Positions 17,163 to 26,293 of a stretch of DNA of 64,000 bases are shown one piece after another. Under the pieces are notes generated by a model that was not told the DNA's origin, made no database searches, and saw nothing but the letters and a program-made list of their open reading frames with translations. The position numbers and the translations under genes are program-made. Source of the stretch: a virus; IMG/VR virus record IMGVR_UViG_3300008516_000159, one strand, 5' to 3'. Each line of letters begins with the position of its first letter. Position 1 is the first letter of the stretch.

Positions 17163-17778
17163 TTTTAACCTCTAAATGCACAATCAACGCCTTGTGTTTT
17201 TCTTCTTTGTCTTGAACTTCAACTTCTTCAGGTTTCTCGGTGAGATCAAAATACTTTTCACAGACAGATATAAACTCTTTGGGATTTAGTTCATTTCTTC
17301 CTTTTCCGATGAAAACATATATAACGGCTTTTCCGTCGTCATTTAACACTCTTCGAATTTCTTTTAATGACTTGTTGATGTCTGTAGTGTGCAATACAGA
17401 TAAAGAATAAACAAAGTCAAAAGCTTCGTCTTTATATTTTAAATCTTCAGCGTCTCCGGTCCTGAATTTTACCTTGTCCCGAATTCCTTTCGGTTGTTCT
17501 TTAAGATTTTCCTTTGCCATTTCGATAGCTTCTGGAACTATATCTATTCCAACGATTTCGTCCCTGGCGATTGTAGCCAATAAAAACGTATCAACCCCGG
17601 CAGCACAGCCTATTTCTAAAATCCTATCGAATTTGCCGTAATTTTTGACGATATTTTTTGTTAAATTACTCGGCTTTTTTTTAGTCCAATGTTCTTCGCC
17701 ATCATCATAAACCTTCTTCCAGAATTTTTTATCAGATTCATTAAGAACCTCTTTCATTACATCTTTAACTGATTTCAT
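17152..17778 (-). CDS. class I SAM-dependent methyltransferase
   Basis: ILEIGCAAG motif I, GIDI, GDAEDL, FDFVYS...LHT, RRVLNDDG. Confidence 0.88.
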   Translation of the reverse strand: MKSVKDVMKEVLNESDKKFWKKVYDDGEEHWTKKKPSNLTKNIVKNYGKFDRILEIGCAAGVDTFLLATIARDEIVGIDIVPEAIEMAKENLKEQPKGIRDKVKFRTGDAEDLKYKDEAFDFVYSLSVLHTTDINKSLKEIRRVLNDDGKAVIYVFIGKGRNELNPKEFISVCEKYFDLTEKPEEVEVQDKEEKHKALIVHLEVKNED

Positions 17779-17781
17779 AGT

Positions 17782-19014
17782 TCACCTCTTCTCGCTGTCT
17801 GTGCTTTCGTCATTTTTGTTTGTATTCTTTTTCGGCTTTACGCCATCTTTCTCGGGTGCCGATTCAGCTGGAGGCTCTGGCGCTTCTTCGGTTTTTGTCT
17901 CGATAGGTTGTTCTGCTGTGGCTTTATCCAGCGACGCTTGAATAATATTTAAAAACTCATCGCCGCCCTTGACACAAAACGTAATAATATCATCTTCCCG
18001 GAACTTGCCTGATTTATGAAACTTTCTTACAGCCTTATCTATTTCTGGATAATGCCAGGCTTTTATCGTCCAGCTGCCTGTTGATTTCTTTGGAACTCTT
18101 TTTTCTTTGAGTTGCTCTTCCAGTTCTTTCGAGGCAGGTATGATGATTTCATAATCTTTCAGTATATTAAATAAACCAGAATAAGGGTCCAATCCATGGG
18201 ACATGTCGAAAAGAAAGCTCATTTGCTTACCAAACGTGCCCATTCTGGACTTGATGATCTTAGCCCTGAGACCGACAACACTAACACCTTTGGCAGATTT
18301 GTCTATCTCGAACAAATCTTTGTCGAACGATAACTCCACTGTCAAAGATGGGGCAAACAACATAATAGTACCGCCGCCAACAACCTTTTTGGGACCATAT
18401 AAATCCATTGATTGCGTATAATGCGCCGTCATGAGCAGACACATATTCATTTTTTGGATTTTCCGTGCGTAAGTTCTGAAATATTCTCTGACCTGTTTGG
18501 CTTTTGCACCCATGTCAGAGCCCTTTGCTGGGTTGATTTCTTTCTCAGTCGAGATCATTGACATAGAGTCAATAACCATTAGAACTTTCTTGTTGGATTG
18601 ATTCTTTTCGATGATATCGATAACCTTGCCCATTTTAGCCTTGAGTTCGTCCATGATATCGACAGGCGAATATAGAATTTTGTTCGGGTCGGCACCAATA
18701 AACTTCGCAAAATTTGCATCTGCGCCGCCACCTTCTGCGTCCAAATATATAATCAAATCAATGTTTGGATCTCTCATACAAGAGAGAACCATGGCTGTTT
18801 TACCTGTACTCGGATCTCCAACAAAACAAACAGATCTACCAGTTGGCAGACCCTTAAATAAACTCTTGGAACATATCCAGTTTAACGCATAATTAGATGT
18901 GCTGATCCAACCAGGTATTTGACCGTACTTTTTATCTTCACCGAATACAACCAGAGGATTTTCTGGGTAATCGGCCTTGAAGCTTTTTACCAACTCTTTC
19001 GTAAGGGTATCCAT
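17782..19014 (-). CDS. recA: RecA/UvsX-like recombinase
   Basis: ISTSNYALNW, GLPTGR, Walker A GDPSTGKT, LDAEG, Walker B MVIDS, GGG loop. Confidence 0.9.
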   Translation of the reverse strand: MDTLTKELVKSFKADYPENPLVVFGEDKKYGQIPGWISTSNYALNWICSKSLFKGLPTGRSVCFVGDPSTGKTAMVLSCMRDPNIDLIIYLDAEGGGADANFAKFIGADPNKILYSPVDIMDELKAKMGKVIDIIEKNQSNKKVLMVIDSMSMISTEKEINPAKGSDMGAKAKQVREYFRTYARKIQKMNMCLLMTAHYTQSMDLYGPKKVVGGGTIMLFAPSLTVELSFDKDLFEIDKSAKGVSVVGLRAKIIKSRMGTFGKQMSFLFDMSHGLDPYSGLFNILKDYEIIIPASKELEEQLKEKRVPKKSTGSWTIKAWHYPEIDKAVRKFHKSGKFREDDIITFCVKGGDEFLNIIQASLDKATAEQPIETKTEEAPEPPAESAPEKDGVKPKKNTNKNDESTDSEKR

Positions 19015-19055
19015 ATAGGTAATGCTCCTAACTAGGCTTTTATACTATATATGTT

Positions 19056-19328
19056 TTATACTAGTGGCGCTAATGTATTTAAGGCGGCCCAAATATTCTT
19101 GAGCTCCTTGGCAACTTCACGCTTGAACTGCTTGGGCGAACCCTTGTGTTCGGCAATACGAGTTTCTATTCTATCGCACGCCTTCTGGAGGTAATCAACC
19201 CTCACCCCTTTATCGTACGGTACCGCTCCGCGGATGTTACGTAACTTGTTTCTCATTATCTTCAACCTCTGTTTATATAGTTGGATGTTTCTTGGGATCT
19301 TCAACAAACTCTCCCTCCCCAGAATCAA
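19056..19328 (-). CDS. hypothetical protein (start uncertain)
   Basis: ORF overlapping the def 3' end. Confidence 0.5.
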   Translation of the reverse strand: MILGRESLLKIPRNIQLYKQRLKIMRNKLRNIRGAVPYDKGVRVDYLQKACDRIETRIAEHKGSPKQFKREVAKELKNIWAALNTLAPLV

Positions 19329-19755
19329 CCAGTGTTTTAATTGTTATGCCTCTTAGGTGGTCATACTCATGCTGAAACACAATCGAGTTCAAGCCAGAAT
19401 ACTTTTTAATCAGTATCCTGTTGCCATCACTAAACCTGACTTTCACTTCGGCCGGTCGAACAACTTTAACTGTCATTCCCGGATAACTCAAGCAGCCCTC
19501 TTCTGTCGATATGGTTTCCGGCGAAAGCATGATGAACTCTGGGTTAAAAAATACTGTCCATATGCCATCCATCCTTGCCACAAAGAAACAATCAAACAGA
19601 CCCAATTGAGGTGCCGCGAGACCAACGCCATTATTCGCTCGACAAAACTCAACCATTTTATGTGGAATCTTGTTTTTGAAATGAGTGATCATTCGATTTC
19701 GCGATAACGGCTTACTTACAACGTCCTCGATCCTTTTTGCCTCCGCCAGGATCAT
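19273..19755 (-). CDS. def: Peptide deformylase
   Basis: All three PDF motifs: GVGLAAPQ, EGCLS, QHEYDHLRG. Confidence 0.95.
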   Translation of the reverse strand: MILAEAKRIEDVVSKPLSRNRMITHFKNKIPHKMVEFCRANNGVGLAAPQLGLFDCFFVARMDGIWTVFFNPEFIMLSPETISTEEGCLSYPGMTVKVVRPAEVKVRFSDGNRILIKKYSGLNSIVFQHEYDHLRGITIKTLVDSGEGEFVEDPKKHPTI

Positions 19756-20014
19756 AGTCCCCTCCTAATCTATCTACACTTAAATTCATAACTTCCTTTA
19801 TAATTTTCACAGACGTGGCTTTCGACATAAACAGCTCTGCGCGCATTAAGTCATCGTGCTTTTCGCTGCGCATCAATATACAATCGTTGCCGTCTGTGGC
19901 TATAACGCTGAATTCTTCTCCCGGTTTTATCTTACTGCCGTGATCGCCATCAAGCTCTATTATATTGATAACTACATCTCCAGGCATCAAAGACATTGTT
20001 AGGTCATCTTTCAT
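19712..20014 (-). CDS. hypothetical protein
   Basis: 100 aa ORF, ATGA-coupled. Confidence 0.6.
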   Translation of the reverse strand: MKDDLTMSLMPGDVVINIIELDGDHGSKIKPGEEFSVIATDGNDCILMRSEKHDDLMRAELFMSKATSVKIIKEVMNLSVDRLGGDYDPGGGKKDRGRCK

Positions 20015-20316
20015 TTTAGGTTCCTTCTGAGTAATAGCTTGGCCACCTTTGCTTTGTATTTATCACTCCTCTCGTCTATCTCCACCATTGAACTACCCTT
20101 TGTGGCGAACCTGTCGAGGTCTTTAGGTGTAAAGCGAACTATACCATTTGAATATGCAGGCGTCGAATCTTGGGGAAAGAACTCAAGAAAGTATATCGGG
20201 CCGTCGTTATTCCAGAGGGCAGGCCCATTCTCGACAGCTCTGCAGATCACTATCCATCTTTCTTTTGTAGAGTTCACGAACTCGTAATACTTACCGACGC
20301 TCATTTTTGATATCAT
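20011..20316 (-). CDS. hypothetical protein
   Basis: 101 aa; ends VAKLLL motif. Confidence 0.7.
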   Translation of the reverse strand: MISKMSVGKYYEFVNSTKERWIVICRAVENGPALWNNDGPIYFLEFFPQDSTPAYSNGIVRFTPKDLDRFATKGSSMVEIDERSDKYKAKVAKLLLRRNLK

Positions 20317-20557
20317 TGTTTTTTACCAATAAAAGAAACTTGGCCGCTTCTGTTTTGCTTGCTTTTTTATAACCGCGTTTGAGTGAATGTTGTTGTTCTT
20401 CGTTCAAAGACAAACTTACTGTATCAGTAAGCTCTGCTGTTTCGTTATATCTATGCAATGTTGCACAATCTTCATCACGAAAAATGGCTATGTATTTAAA
20501 CCAAAACACCGCGGTCTTACTCGATCCTGGCTTTCGGATATATAAATCAAAGTCCAT
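20291..20557 (-). CDS. hypothetical protein
   Basis: 88 aa; EAAKFLL motif. Confidence 0.65.
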   Translation of the reverse strand: MDFDLYIRKPGSSKTAVFWFKYIAIFRDEDCATLHRYNETAELTDTVSLSLNEEQQHSLKRGYKKASKTEAAKFLLLVKNNDIKNERR

Positions 20558-20792
20558 ATAGTTTAGCCTTGGCTAGTTCTATTCTCGTCACGCGTCTTAT
20601 TTTTATATCTTCGAAAATGTCAGTCTGTATCGGCACACCATTTACTCTTTCTAGTTGTCTAGGTCCAGCTAAATAAACATCTATCAGATCTCCTGAACGA
20701 GCATTAACAGTATACTTGATAAACGACCATTCAGGTTCGGTTTCGATGCTCAAGAAATATATCTCTCCAGGGATTGTTTCTTGCCAGATCAT
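20547..20792 (-). CDS. hypothetical protein
   Basis: 81 aa; ELAKAKL motif; ACATATATA upstream. Confidence 0.7.
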   Translation of the reverse strand: MIWQETIPGEIYFLSIETEPEWSFIKYTVNARSGDLIDVYLAGPRQLERVNGVPIQTDIFEDIKIRRVTRIELAKAKLYGL

Positions 20793-20814
20793 TTTGTTAT
20801 ATATATGTCACAAA

Positions 20815-21099
20815 TCAGAAATACTCTATATCTACTTTTTCCTTGTGCTTGTCAAAATCATCTTGAAAGCTTTCTGCGGCTGGTTCATTAGCAAAATGAG
20901 TTAGAACTTCTATTCCGCAGACAAGACACTTAAACATATCGGCGTGCCAAATTTTATAGTCCTTGTCGTTTTTTAATAGCTCTTTGGCGACCTTGGTTTT
21001 GTTGCCATCAAATATATTCTTTTTTAGTTGATGAACAACGACGCCATTCTTAAGTGGCAACATTTCCCTGTGACATTTAACGCAAACCGGTCTTTTCAT
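20815..21099 (-). CDS. Zn-binding hypothetical protein
   Basis: CVKC...CLVCG. Confidence 0.7.
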   Translation of the reverse strand: MKRPVCVKCHREMLPLKNGVVVHQLKKNIFDGNKTKVAKELLKNDKDYKIWHADMFKCLVCGIEVLTHFANEPAAESFQDDFDKHKEKVDIEYF

Positions 21100-21106
21100 T
21101 TTATCC

Positions 21107-21313
21107 TCATGGTTTATAAGTTTTTATTTGGATTTTGATGTTAGGTCTGATTTTGAGAAGATCAGGTATGGCTACCTTGATGTGCTTCATATCGCCATAA
21201 TAGAGGTTCCACTTTTCATCGCCGTCTTCGCATTCCAGGTAATAGTTGATGTTCTGGAAAAATGGGACAACTCTGATTCCTTTTCCCAAAGATAAGTTTT
21301 GAAAGAGTTTCAT
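21107..21313 (-). CDS. hypothetical protein
   Basis: 68 aa ORF directly after promoter. Confidence 0.6.
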   Translation of the reverse strand: MKLFQNLSLGKGIRVVPFFQNINYYLECEDGDEKWNLYYGDMKHIKVAIPDLLKIRPNIKIQIKTYKP

Positions 21314-21319
21314 ACTATT

Positions 21320-21348
21320 AATATATCACATTATAAAGGTTTTGTAAA
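21320..21348 (-). promoter_or_regulatory. sigma70-like promoter TTTACA-N17-TATATT
   Basis: Same CCTTTACAAA.CCTTT context as the 9104..9132 promoter. Confidence 0.6.
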
Positions 21349-21354
21349 GGGAAA

Positions 21355-21639
21355 ATGGCCAGATTTAAAAAAGGAAACGTTATTCTTGCTAGCCTCTGGC
21401 CTCAAGCCGATGCTATTGACTATGTGATAGATGAGAAAATGGACGAGATTTATTTATCTGAAATTGGATGGTTCAAAAAAGGCGAAAAGGTACCTGTGAT
21501 AAATCCAGGATGGGCCAAAAAGTACACCCATAAGGCCAGCCATATGGACCTCAGGGCATCTTGTTATAAAGAAATAGGAGATACATTACAAGAAGGTAAA
21601 TGTAGATTAATAAAAATGACATTCGTAAGAAAAAAATGA
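21355..21639 (+). CDS. hypothetical protein
   Basis: 94 aa; first of three coupled plus-strand ORFs. Confidence 0.65.
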   Translation: MARFKKGNVILASLWPQADAIDYVIDEKMDEIYLSEIGWFKKGEKVPVINPGWAKKYTHKASHMDLRASCYKEIGDTLQEGKCRLIKMTFVRKK

Positions 21640-21905
21640 AATATAAACCAGGGGATGTTCTAGAGTATGAAATAGAGCCAGGAGAATCATTAAGAATACT
21701 CGGACTCGTGTTTCGCATAAAAGACGGCAAATATCACTGTGTGACATTGGGATATACTATACAGGGTAAAGAACTTTTTTTCTGGGATACCGCAGAGGGC
21801 CATGACTTTAGCACATTTGATCCAAATGAAATTACCGGCAAAAGAAAAATTGACATTATTCTTAAACTTAAACACGATATAATGCATGGATTATTTGTTA
21901 AATGA
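21636..21905 (+). CDS. hypothetical protein (paralog of 21902..22201)
   Basis: Shared PGDVL...LVF...GY...FWD...GLF.K pattern. Confidence 0.7.
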   Translation: MKYKPGDVLEYEIEPGESLRILGLVFRIKDGKYHCVTLGYTIQGKELFFWDTAEGHDFSTFDPNEITGKRKIDIILKLKHDIMHGLFVK

Positions 21906-22201
21906 AAATCGAACCTGGAGATGTGTTAGCGACTGGCAGAGGAGTAGGCGTTTCGACTCTTCGCTTGGTTTTCGCCGATAGAGGCAAGCGATATGATTAT
22001 GTTTTGATAGGATACTATAATCCTGACCGAGACGGTTATGAATTTTGGGATAAACTCGAAGACTATATGACAGCAACGGCCGACGAAGTGAGACTGACCC
22101 ATCTTGACAAAGTAAAATTTAAAATTCCACCAGATCTCAAATGGAAAATAGTTCAAGGATTATTTCTAAAGGGAAACGATGGAAGAATAATAACGAATTA
22201 A
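21902..22201 (+). CDS. hypothetical protein (paralog of 21636..21905)
   Basis: Shared PGDVL...LVF...GY...FWD...GLF.K pattern. Confidence 0.7.
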   Translation: MKIEPGDVLATGRGVGVSTLRLVFADRGKRYDYVLIGYYNPDRDGYEFWDKLEDYMTATADEVRLTHLDKVKFKIPPDLKWKIVQGLFLKGNDGRIITN

Positions 22202-22223
22202 GATGCGCTCCCGAGAGAAATAT

Positions 22224-22595
22224 TTAGGATTCGCAGTTCTTAGGCTTCGAGTTAAATGGATCCATTTGACCTGGCCACTTGTCTTTGTGTAGCAACAATC
22301 CAATTATAGCATAAACAGATACATCCAGCCAGGTATCCTCAATACTCTCATGATGCGGTTTCTTATTCTTGAGAAGAAGATTTTTGAGCCTGGAGAATTT
22401 ATCGTTCATCCGAATAAGAACACCTATTTCCCCGAACTCAGCAATATTTTGTGTGGAGTAATCTCTTTGCTTGGTATCAAATGTGATTGCGGTTTGTATT
22501 ACTTCTCTCAAGTATTCTTTGGTGAGTGGTACTTCTAACTTGAGGTTCTCGTACAACACGTCGACGACTTTATCGATTCGTTCATCAGATGCCAT
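22224..22595 (-). CDS. DUF1599 / nucleotide-modification-associated domain protein
   Basis: FDTKQRDYS...IRMNDKFSRLKNL...ESIEDTWLDVSVYAII. Confidence 0.8.
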   Translation of the reverse strand: MASDERIDKVVDVLYENLKLEVPLTKEYLREVIQTAITFDTKQRDYSTQNIAEFGEIGVLIRMNDKFSRLKNLLLKNKKPHHESIEDTWLDVSVYAIIGLLLHKDKWPGQMDPFNSKPKNCES

Positions 22596-22635
22596 GTTTT
22601 TCTCCTTGTTTTGTTGACTGTATTATATATATGTT

Positions 22636-22887
22636 TTATTCTTCGTCGTAATAGTTCCTCTTAATCATCCTCTTAAATTCTTCGGAGCCTGCAAAATTTG
22701 TCATACTCTGATATACCCTTCTGTGATAATCGTCGCCATCGAACGCTGGGCCGTCTACTGTCCATCTTTTACAGCTATTTGGATAGCTCGTAAACTCAAA
22801 CATTTGACACGCCGCACGAAAATAACAACTCTCGCAACTCTGCAATAAGAGTGACTTCGCTTTAGACGATTTTGATAAGCTCTTCAT
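22636..22887 (-). CDS. hypothetical Cys-containing protein
   Basis: 83 aa; N-terminal KAKSLLL motif, CESC. Confidence 0.6.
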   Translation of the reverse strand: MKSLSKSSKAKSLLLQSCESCYFRAACQMFEFTSYPNSCKRWTVDGPAFDGDDYHRRVYQSMTNFAGSEEFKRMIKRNYYDEE

Positions 22888-23209
22888 AATATCGCCTCAT
22901 TGGAAACTCAATCTCTTCGTCAAAATCTTCCTTGTAGCTGTGCCATATTCTCACATCTTCTATGAACTTGTTGAGCAGATCGCTATCATCTACCCGCGGT
23001 GAGATTTTGATGATTTTGACAAACACTTCTTCATTCGGCTCACCCGTTTCAACAACGCTTTGAACGAGCTCATGTAGAAGGGATTTTATTTGTCCCTGCT
23101 CGTCCGCCGTGAGTTCTTTACGAGAGTCGCTCTCAACACTACGGCGTATTATTTTTAGCCGATTGTTGCCATTGTTCTTGCTTATTATCTGTACTTTTAT
23201 CGATGCCAT
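22862..23209 (-). CDS. hypothetical protein (start uncertain)
   Basis: ORF track. Confidence 0.55.
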   Translation of the reverse strand: MASIKVQIISKNNGNNRLKIIRRSVESDSRKELTADEQGQIKSLLHELVQSVVETGEPNEEVFVKIIKISPRVDDSDLLNKFIEDVRIWHSYKEDFDEEIEFPMRRYYEELIKIV

Positions 23210-23705
23210 TGGATATTGAAATACCCTCCGTACATTTTTTAAGTTGTTCTATCGAAGCAACACACAAATCCATCAATTTCCTATAAAATCTCTTGATATC
23301 TACCAGCTCCTCGACTACGCGTGGAGAAATAAACTTGAGTATCATATAAGTTTTGTTTTTCCTGCGCTGCATTATGGTGCGTATTAAATCCTTGTCGTGG
23401 ATATGATACACTATAACTTTTGCGCGATCTGTGTCTGTCTCGATCTTCTCTTCAACATCGAAACACTTGAGCTCGTCAGTGCCAATAAAGAAATCCTTCC
23501 TTGGTACGGCGTCCAAGGCTTGAACCGTTTCTATCCAATCGCCATAATCGGCTTTCATGTTATCCAGCTCTGCTTCTAACAAAGAAACCATTCCGGCAAT
23601 CTCAAAAGGATTATAGTTCTCATTGACCAAATCGCAAACCTGATGCACATATCGCGCGAGCTTATCTGGTATCTTTTGACCTGTTGCGCTATTATATGCT
23701 ATCAT
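23139..23705 (-). CDS. hypothetical protein
   Basis: 188 aa, ATGA-coupled. Confidence 0.7.
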   Translation of the reverse strand: MIAYNSATGQKIPDKLARYVHQVCDLVNENYNPFEIAGMVSLLEAELDNMKADYGDWIETVQALDAVPRKDFFIGTDELKCFDVEEKIETDTDRAKVIVYHIHDKDLIRTIMQRRKNKTYMILKFISPRVVEELVDIKRFYRKLMDLCVASIEQLKKCTEGISISNGIDKSTDNKQEQWQQSAKNNTP

Positions 23706-24112
23706 AGATACTTGTTCATTTCACCGATGAGTTTGTCCTGTTGCTCTAGCAACCTGCTCTTTGTTATTTCGATGAAATCGTCCACGATGGCCAAAACCCT
23801 AAGCACTACATCACCCCTAATAGCAAAGTTATACACATCCTCCTGCTTCTTGTTGGTAGGATCCTCGCTAATGACAAGCTTTTTCTCGGTCCTCATTCTG
23901 TTGCAGTTCTCTATCAACGATGCCAGACTGTTCAACTGCGCTTTTGTTTTGAGAATATCCTGCTTGAGAGTTTCTTTTTCACCCAACTGTGGTGCTGTCG
24001 GTTCTACTGGCACTGTTCCGGGGGCTTGGATTTTGGTGCTTTTCTCTTCTTCTTTGGGTTTATTATCATTTACGCCCTTCATATTTTTAGCTCCTTGTTT
24101 GTTATGTTGCAC
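23702..24112 (-). CDS. hypothetical coiled-coil protein
   Basis: 136 aa ORF. Confidence 0.7.
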   Translation of the reverse strand: MQHNKQGAKNMKGVNDNKPKEEEKSTKIQAPGTVPVEPTAPQLGEKETLKQDILKTKAQLNSLASLIENCNRMRTEKKLVISEDPTNKKQEDVYNFAIRGDVVLRVLAIVDDFIEITKSRLLEQQDKLIGEMNKYL

Positions 24113-24362
24113 CGCCTGGTCTAGGCAATCTTTGACCTGTCGGTTTTGCTTTTTGTTGTGCTATCTGTACATCCAAATTCTGCACGTCTTGCTGAAGCTT
24201 GTTTATTTGTCGCATCATGTTTTGTTTTTGCATCAATAATCTTTCCAGTGTGGCATTGCCGGTTTCTTTTGCTGTCTCCAGCTCTTTATCTGTTGCAGTA
24301 CCGGCAGCCTGAGCTGGGGTTGCCACGGCGGCCTGTTCTAGAATATCATTCAGTTTCGCCAT
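24102..24362 (-). CDS. small coiled-coil protein, possible head-internal protein
   Basis: N-terminus MAKLNDILEQ. Confidence 0.65.
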   Translation of the reverse strand: MAKLNDILEQAAVATPAQAAGTATDKELETAKETGNATLERLLMQKQNMMRQINKLQQDVQNLDVQIAQQKAKPTGQRLPRPGGAT

Positions 24363-24626
24363 TTATTTCTCCTCATACAAACCGAATATGTAATCTGCTG
24401 CATCTTCTGCGTCATCAAACGCATATTCGTCTACGCGTATTTTCCCTTCTGATATGTTTGCGCGCACCATATTTCTTTTGGCGCTGCAATCTACAATACT
24501 GCTCTCTCTGACCACTATGCTGGCTTCGATATGATTGGAACGAAACTTGTTTCTTAGCCTATTCACCAGCGATACTTCATTGCTTAAATCCACACAAAGC
24601 TTGTTGTTTTTATATATAGCTTTCAT
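24363..24626 (-). CDS. hypothetical protein (start adjusted to MKAIYK)
   Basis: ATG overlaps the HNH gene stop as ATGA. Confidence 0.65.
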   Translation of the reverse strand: MKAIYKNNKLCVDLSNEVSLVNRLRNKFRSNHIEASIVVRESSIVDCSAKRNMVRANISEGKIRVDEYAFDDAEDAADYIFGLYEEK

Positions 24627-25303
24627 ATTTTGTTGCCCTTGCTTCTGTTGTCCTTTTTCCACAACGGCTCCAGATTTGTCATCGCCCAACACTGTCTAAA
24701 CTCACGATCGTCGGGCTCTTCGAATTCCCAATAACTAATTGGTATTTTATGATGCACTTCCCAAACTTCGCCATAATTACTAAATAACATTGGTGTTTTG
24801 CTCGGATGCCGCGCATTTTTATCTGACATCAGTGCGGCAAAATTAGACTTCAATGCCTCAAAGGTATAACAAACAAGCCGTTCCCAACGCACACTTGTCT
24901 TGCCATGTCTTAAAGATCTACGTATGGCGCTTGACATGGCGTTATTTAATCTGTACTTTGGATCGCCGTTGCGCTTATCGCGAAGCCATTGAGCCTGTAG
25001 CGACCTCATGTGCTTATGGTTTTTCTTAACCCAATTCTCTCTATATAATCTCATTTGCACAGAATGATTTTTTTGCCACCCATTAGCTCGACGTCTGTTC
25101 TCATTTTGGAATTTAACATCATTCTTTCGTAATTCGTACTGTTTTTTACTACGCAGCTTAGCCTTCTCGGAATATTGTCGACAATAATCTTTAAAACACT
25201 CTTTGCACCATGCTTGCAAACCATCCTTGCTGTTGGAATTCTCAGCGTAGGCGATTACCAATTTCGATTTGCCGAATTTGCGGCATCGTTTAGTTATCAT
25301 CAA
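24623..25303 (-). CDS. free-standing HNH-type endonuclease
   Basis: N-terminal SKDGLQAWCKEC; C-terminal WEVHHKIP...NLEPLW..DN.SKG. Confidence 0.75.
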   Translation of the reverse strand: MMITKRCRKFGKSKLVIAYAENSNSKDGLQAWCKECFKDYCRQYSEKAKLRSKKQYELRKNDVKFQNENRRRANGWQKNHSVQMRLYRENWVKKNHKHMRSLQAQWLRDKRNGDPKYRLNNAMSSAIRRSLRHGKTSVRWERLVCYTFEALKSNFAALMSDKNARHPSKTPMLFSNYGEVWEVHHKIPISYWEFEEPDDREFRQCWAMTNLEPLWKKDNRSKGNKI

Positions 25304-25692
25304 ATATACTCGTCTTCATCATATAAATCATCATCAGGATCTGGTGGAGTCACTACAGTATTATCTGGTTCTGGTGTCGGCTCGGGTTCTGGAATCGGAT
25401 CCGGTGTTGGTTCAGGTATCGGCTCGGGTTCTACCGGAGGTTTTTCTGGGATCACATGTACTTTGTTAACATCGCCCGTCGTAATTTTGATTGGCTTCTC
25501 TTTTGTTGGCTCAATTTTTTCAAGCACATATTCCTCAAACTTGCCGATAGGTAAAATATATTGCTTGCTGTTTATTTGAACAACTACTTTATCAGACAAA
25601 AAATATTTAACCTCTGCCACGTTTGATTCTGGCCTGTGTAATAACACATTTCCGAGCTGTTTTGAAATTATGAATTTATCTCCACGCTTCAC
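25300..25692 (-). CDS. hypothetical protein with Pro/Glu-rich C-terminal repeats
   Basis: PEPIPEPTPDPIPEPEPTPEP. Confidence 0.7.
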   Translation of the reverse strand: MKRGDKFIISKQLGNVLLHRPESNVAEVKYFLSDKVVVQINSKQYILPIGKFEEYVLEKIEPTKEKPIKITTGDVNKVHVIPEKPPVEPEPIPEPTPDPIPEPEPTPEPDNTVVTPPDPDDDLYDEDEYI

Positions 25693-25704
25693 TGTAATTG
25701 CCCT

Positions 25705-26283
25705 TTAAATGAGTTTTTCTCCATTTTCAAAGAAAAGATCACCATGCTCGTTGAAATGGAGGTTAGCTTGATCCTCTATTTTTATAACCTTTAATTGCAA
25801 TCGCCTCTCTTTTGCATTATCCGCATAATAAGCAACAAAATATTCTTTGTCAAATGTAAAATCTGCGCCCGAGCTCAACAGCGCCGCGACAAGGTACTGT
25901 ATCTTGTCCTTGTCTTTATTGAAACTGTCAGCTATGACGACAGGTTTTTCTTGCGCTTCGGCTTCAAATACTTCCTTACCAACAACACTTTTGTAAGCAT
26001 CATCCCTAAACCAGAATCCGGCAAAGATACTCTTGAGCTTTTTTATTTCTTCTTGAAGCGCAACATTATTATTCAGCCTGAAATTACCTGTAATCATGAA
26101 ACGCCAGCCATAATTGCTGTCGTCTTCTCTTTCTAGTATAAGTCTAAACCGACTATACTTCTTTTCAAAGAAATCTTTGCCTTCTTCGGCCCAGCCGTTG
26201 CCCAGGAGATAGTCTTTTATTTCTTCGTCTGATTTGAGCTTATATAGGCTTGTCTCTGCACATTCTGACATGACTTTCTCCAT
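25705..26283 (-). CDS. hypothetical protein
   Basis: 192 aa ORF. Confidence 0.75.
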   Translation of the reverse strand: MEKVMSECAETSLYKLKSDEEIKDYLLGNGWAEEGKDFFEKKYSRFRLILEREDDSNYGWRFMITGNFRLNNNVALQEEIKKLKSIFAGFWFRDDAYKSVVGKEVFEAEAQEKPVVIADSFNKDKDKIQYLVAALLSSGADFTFDKEYFVAYYADNAKERRLQLKVIKIEDQANLHFNEHGDLFFENGEKLI

Positions 26284-26293
26284 GCGATTATCT

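Noticed and set aside
25320-25445. GGTTC/GGATC short repeats
   Set aside because: They encode the Pro/Glu repeats of the minus-strand ORF; the plus-strand Gly/Ser ORF 25175..25579 is its shadow.
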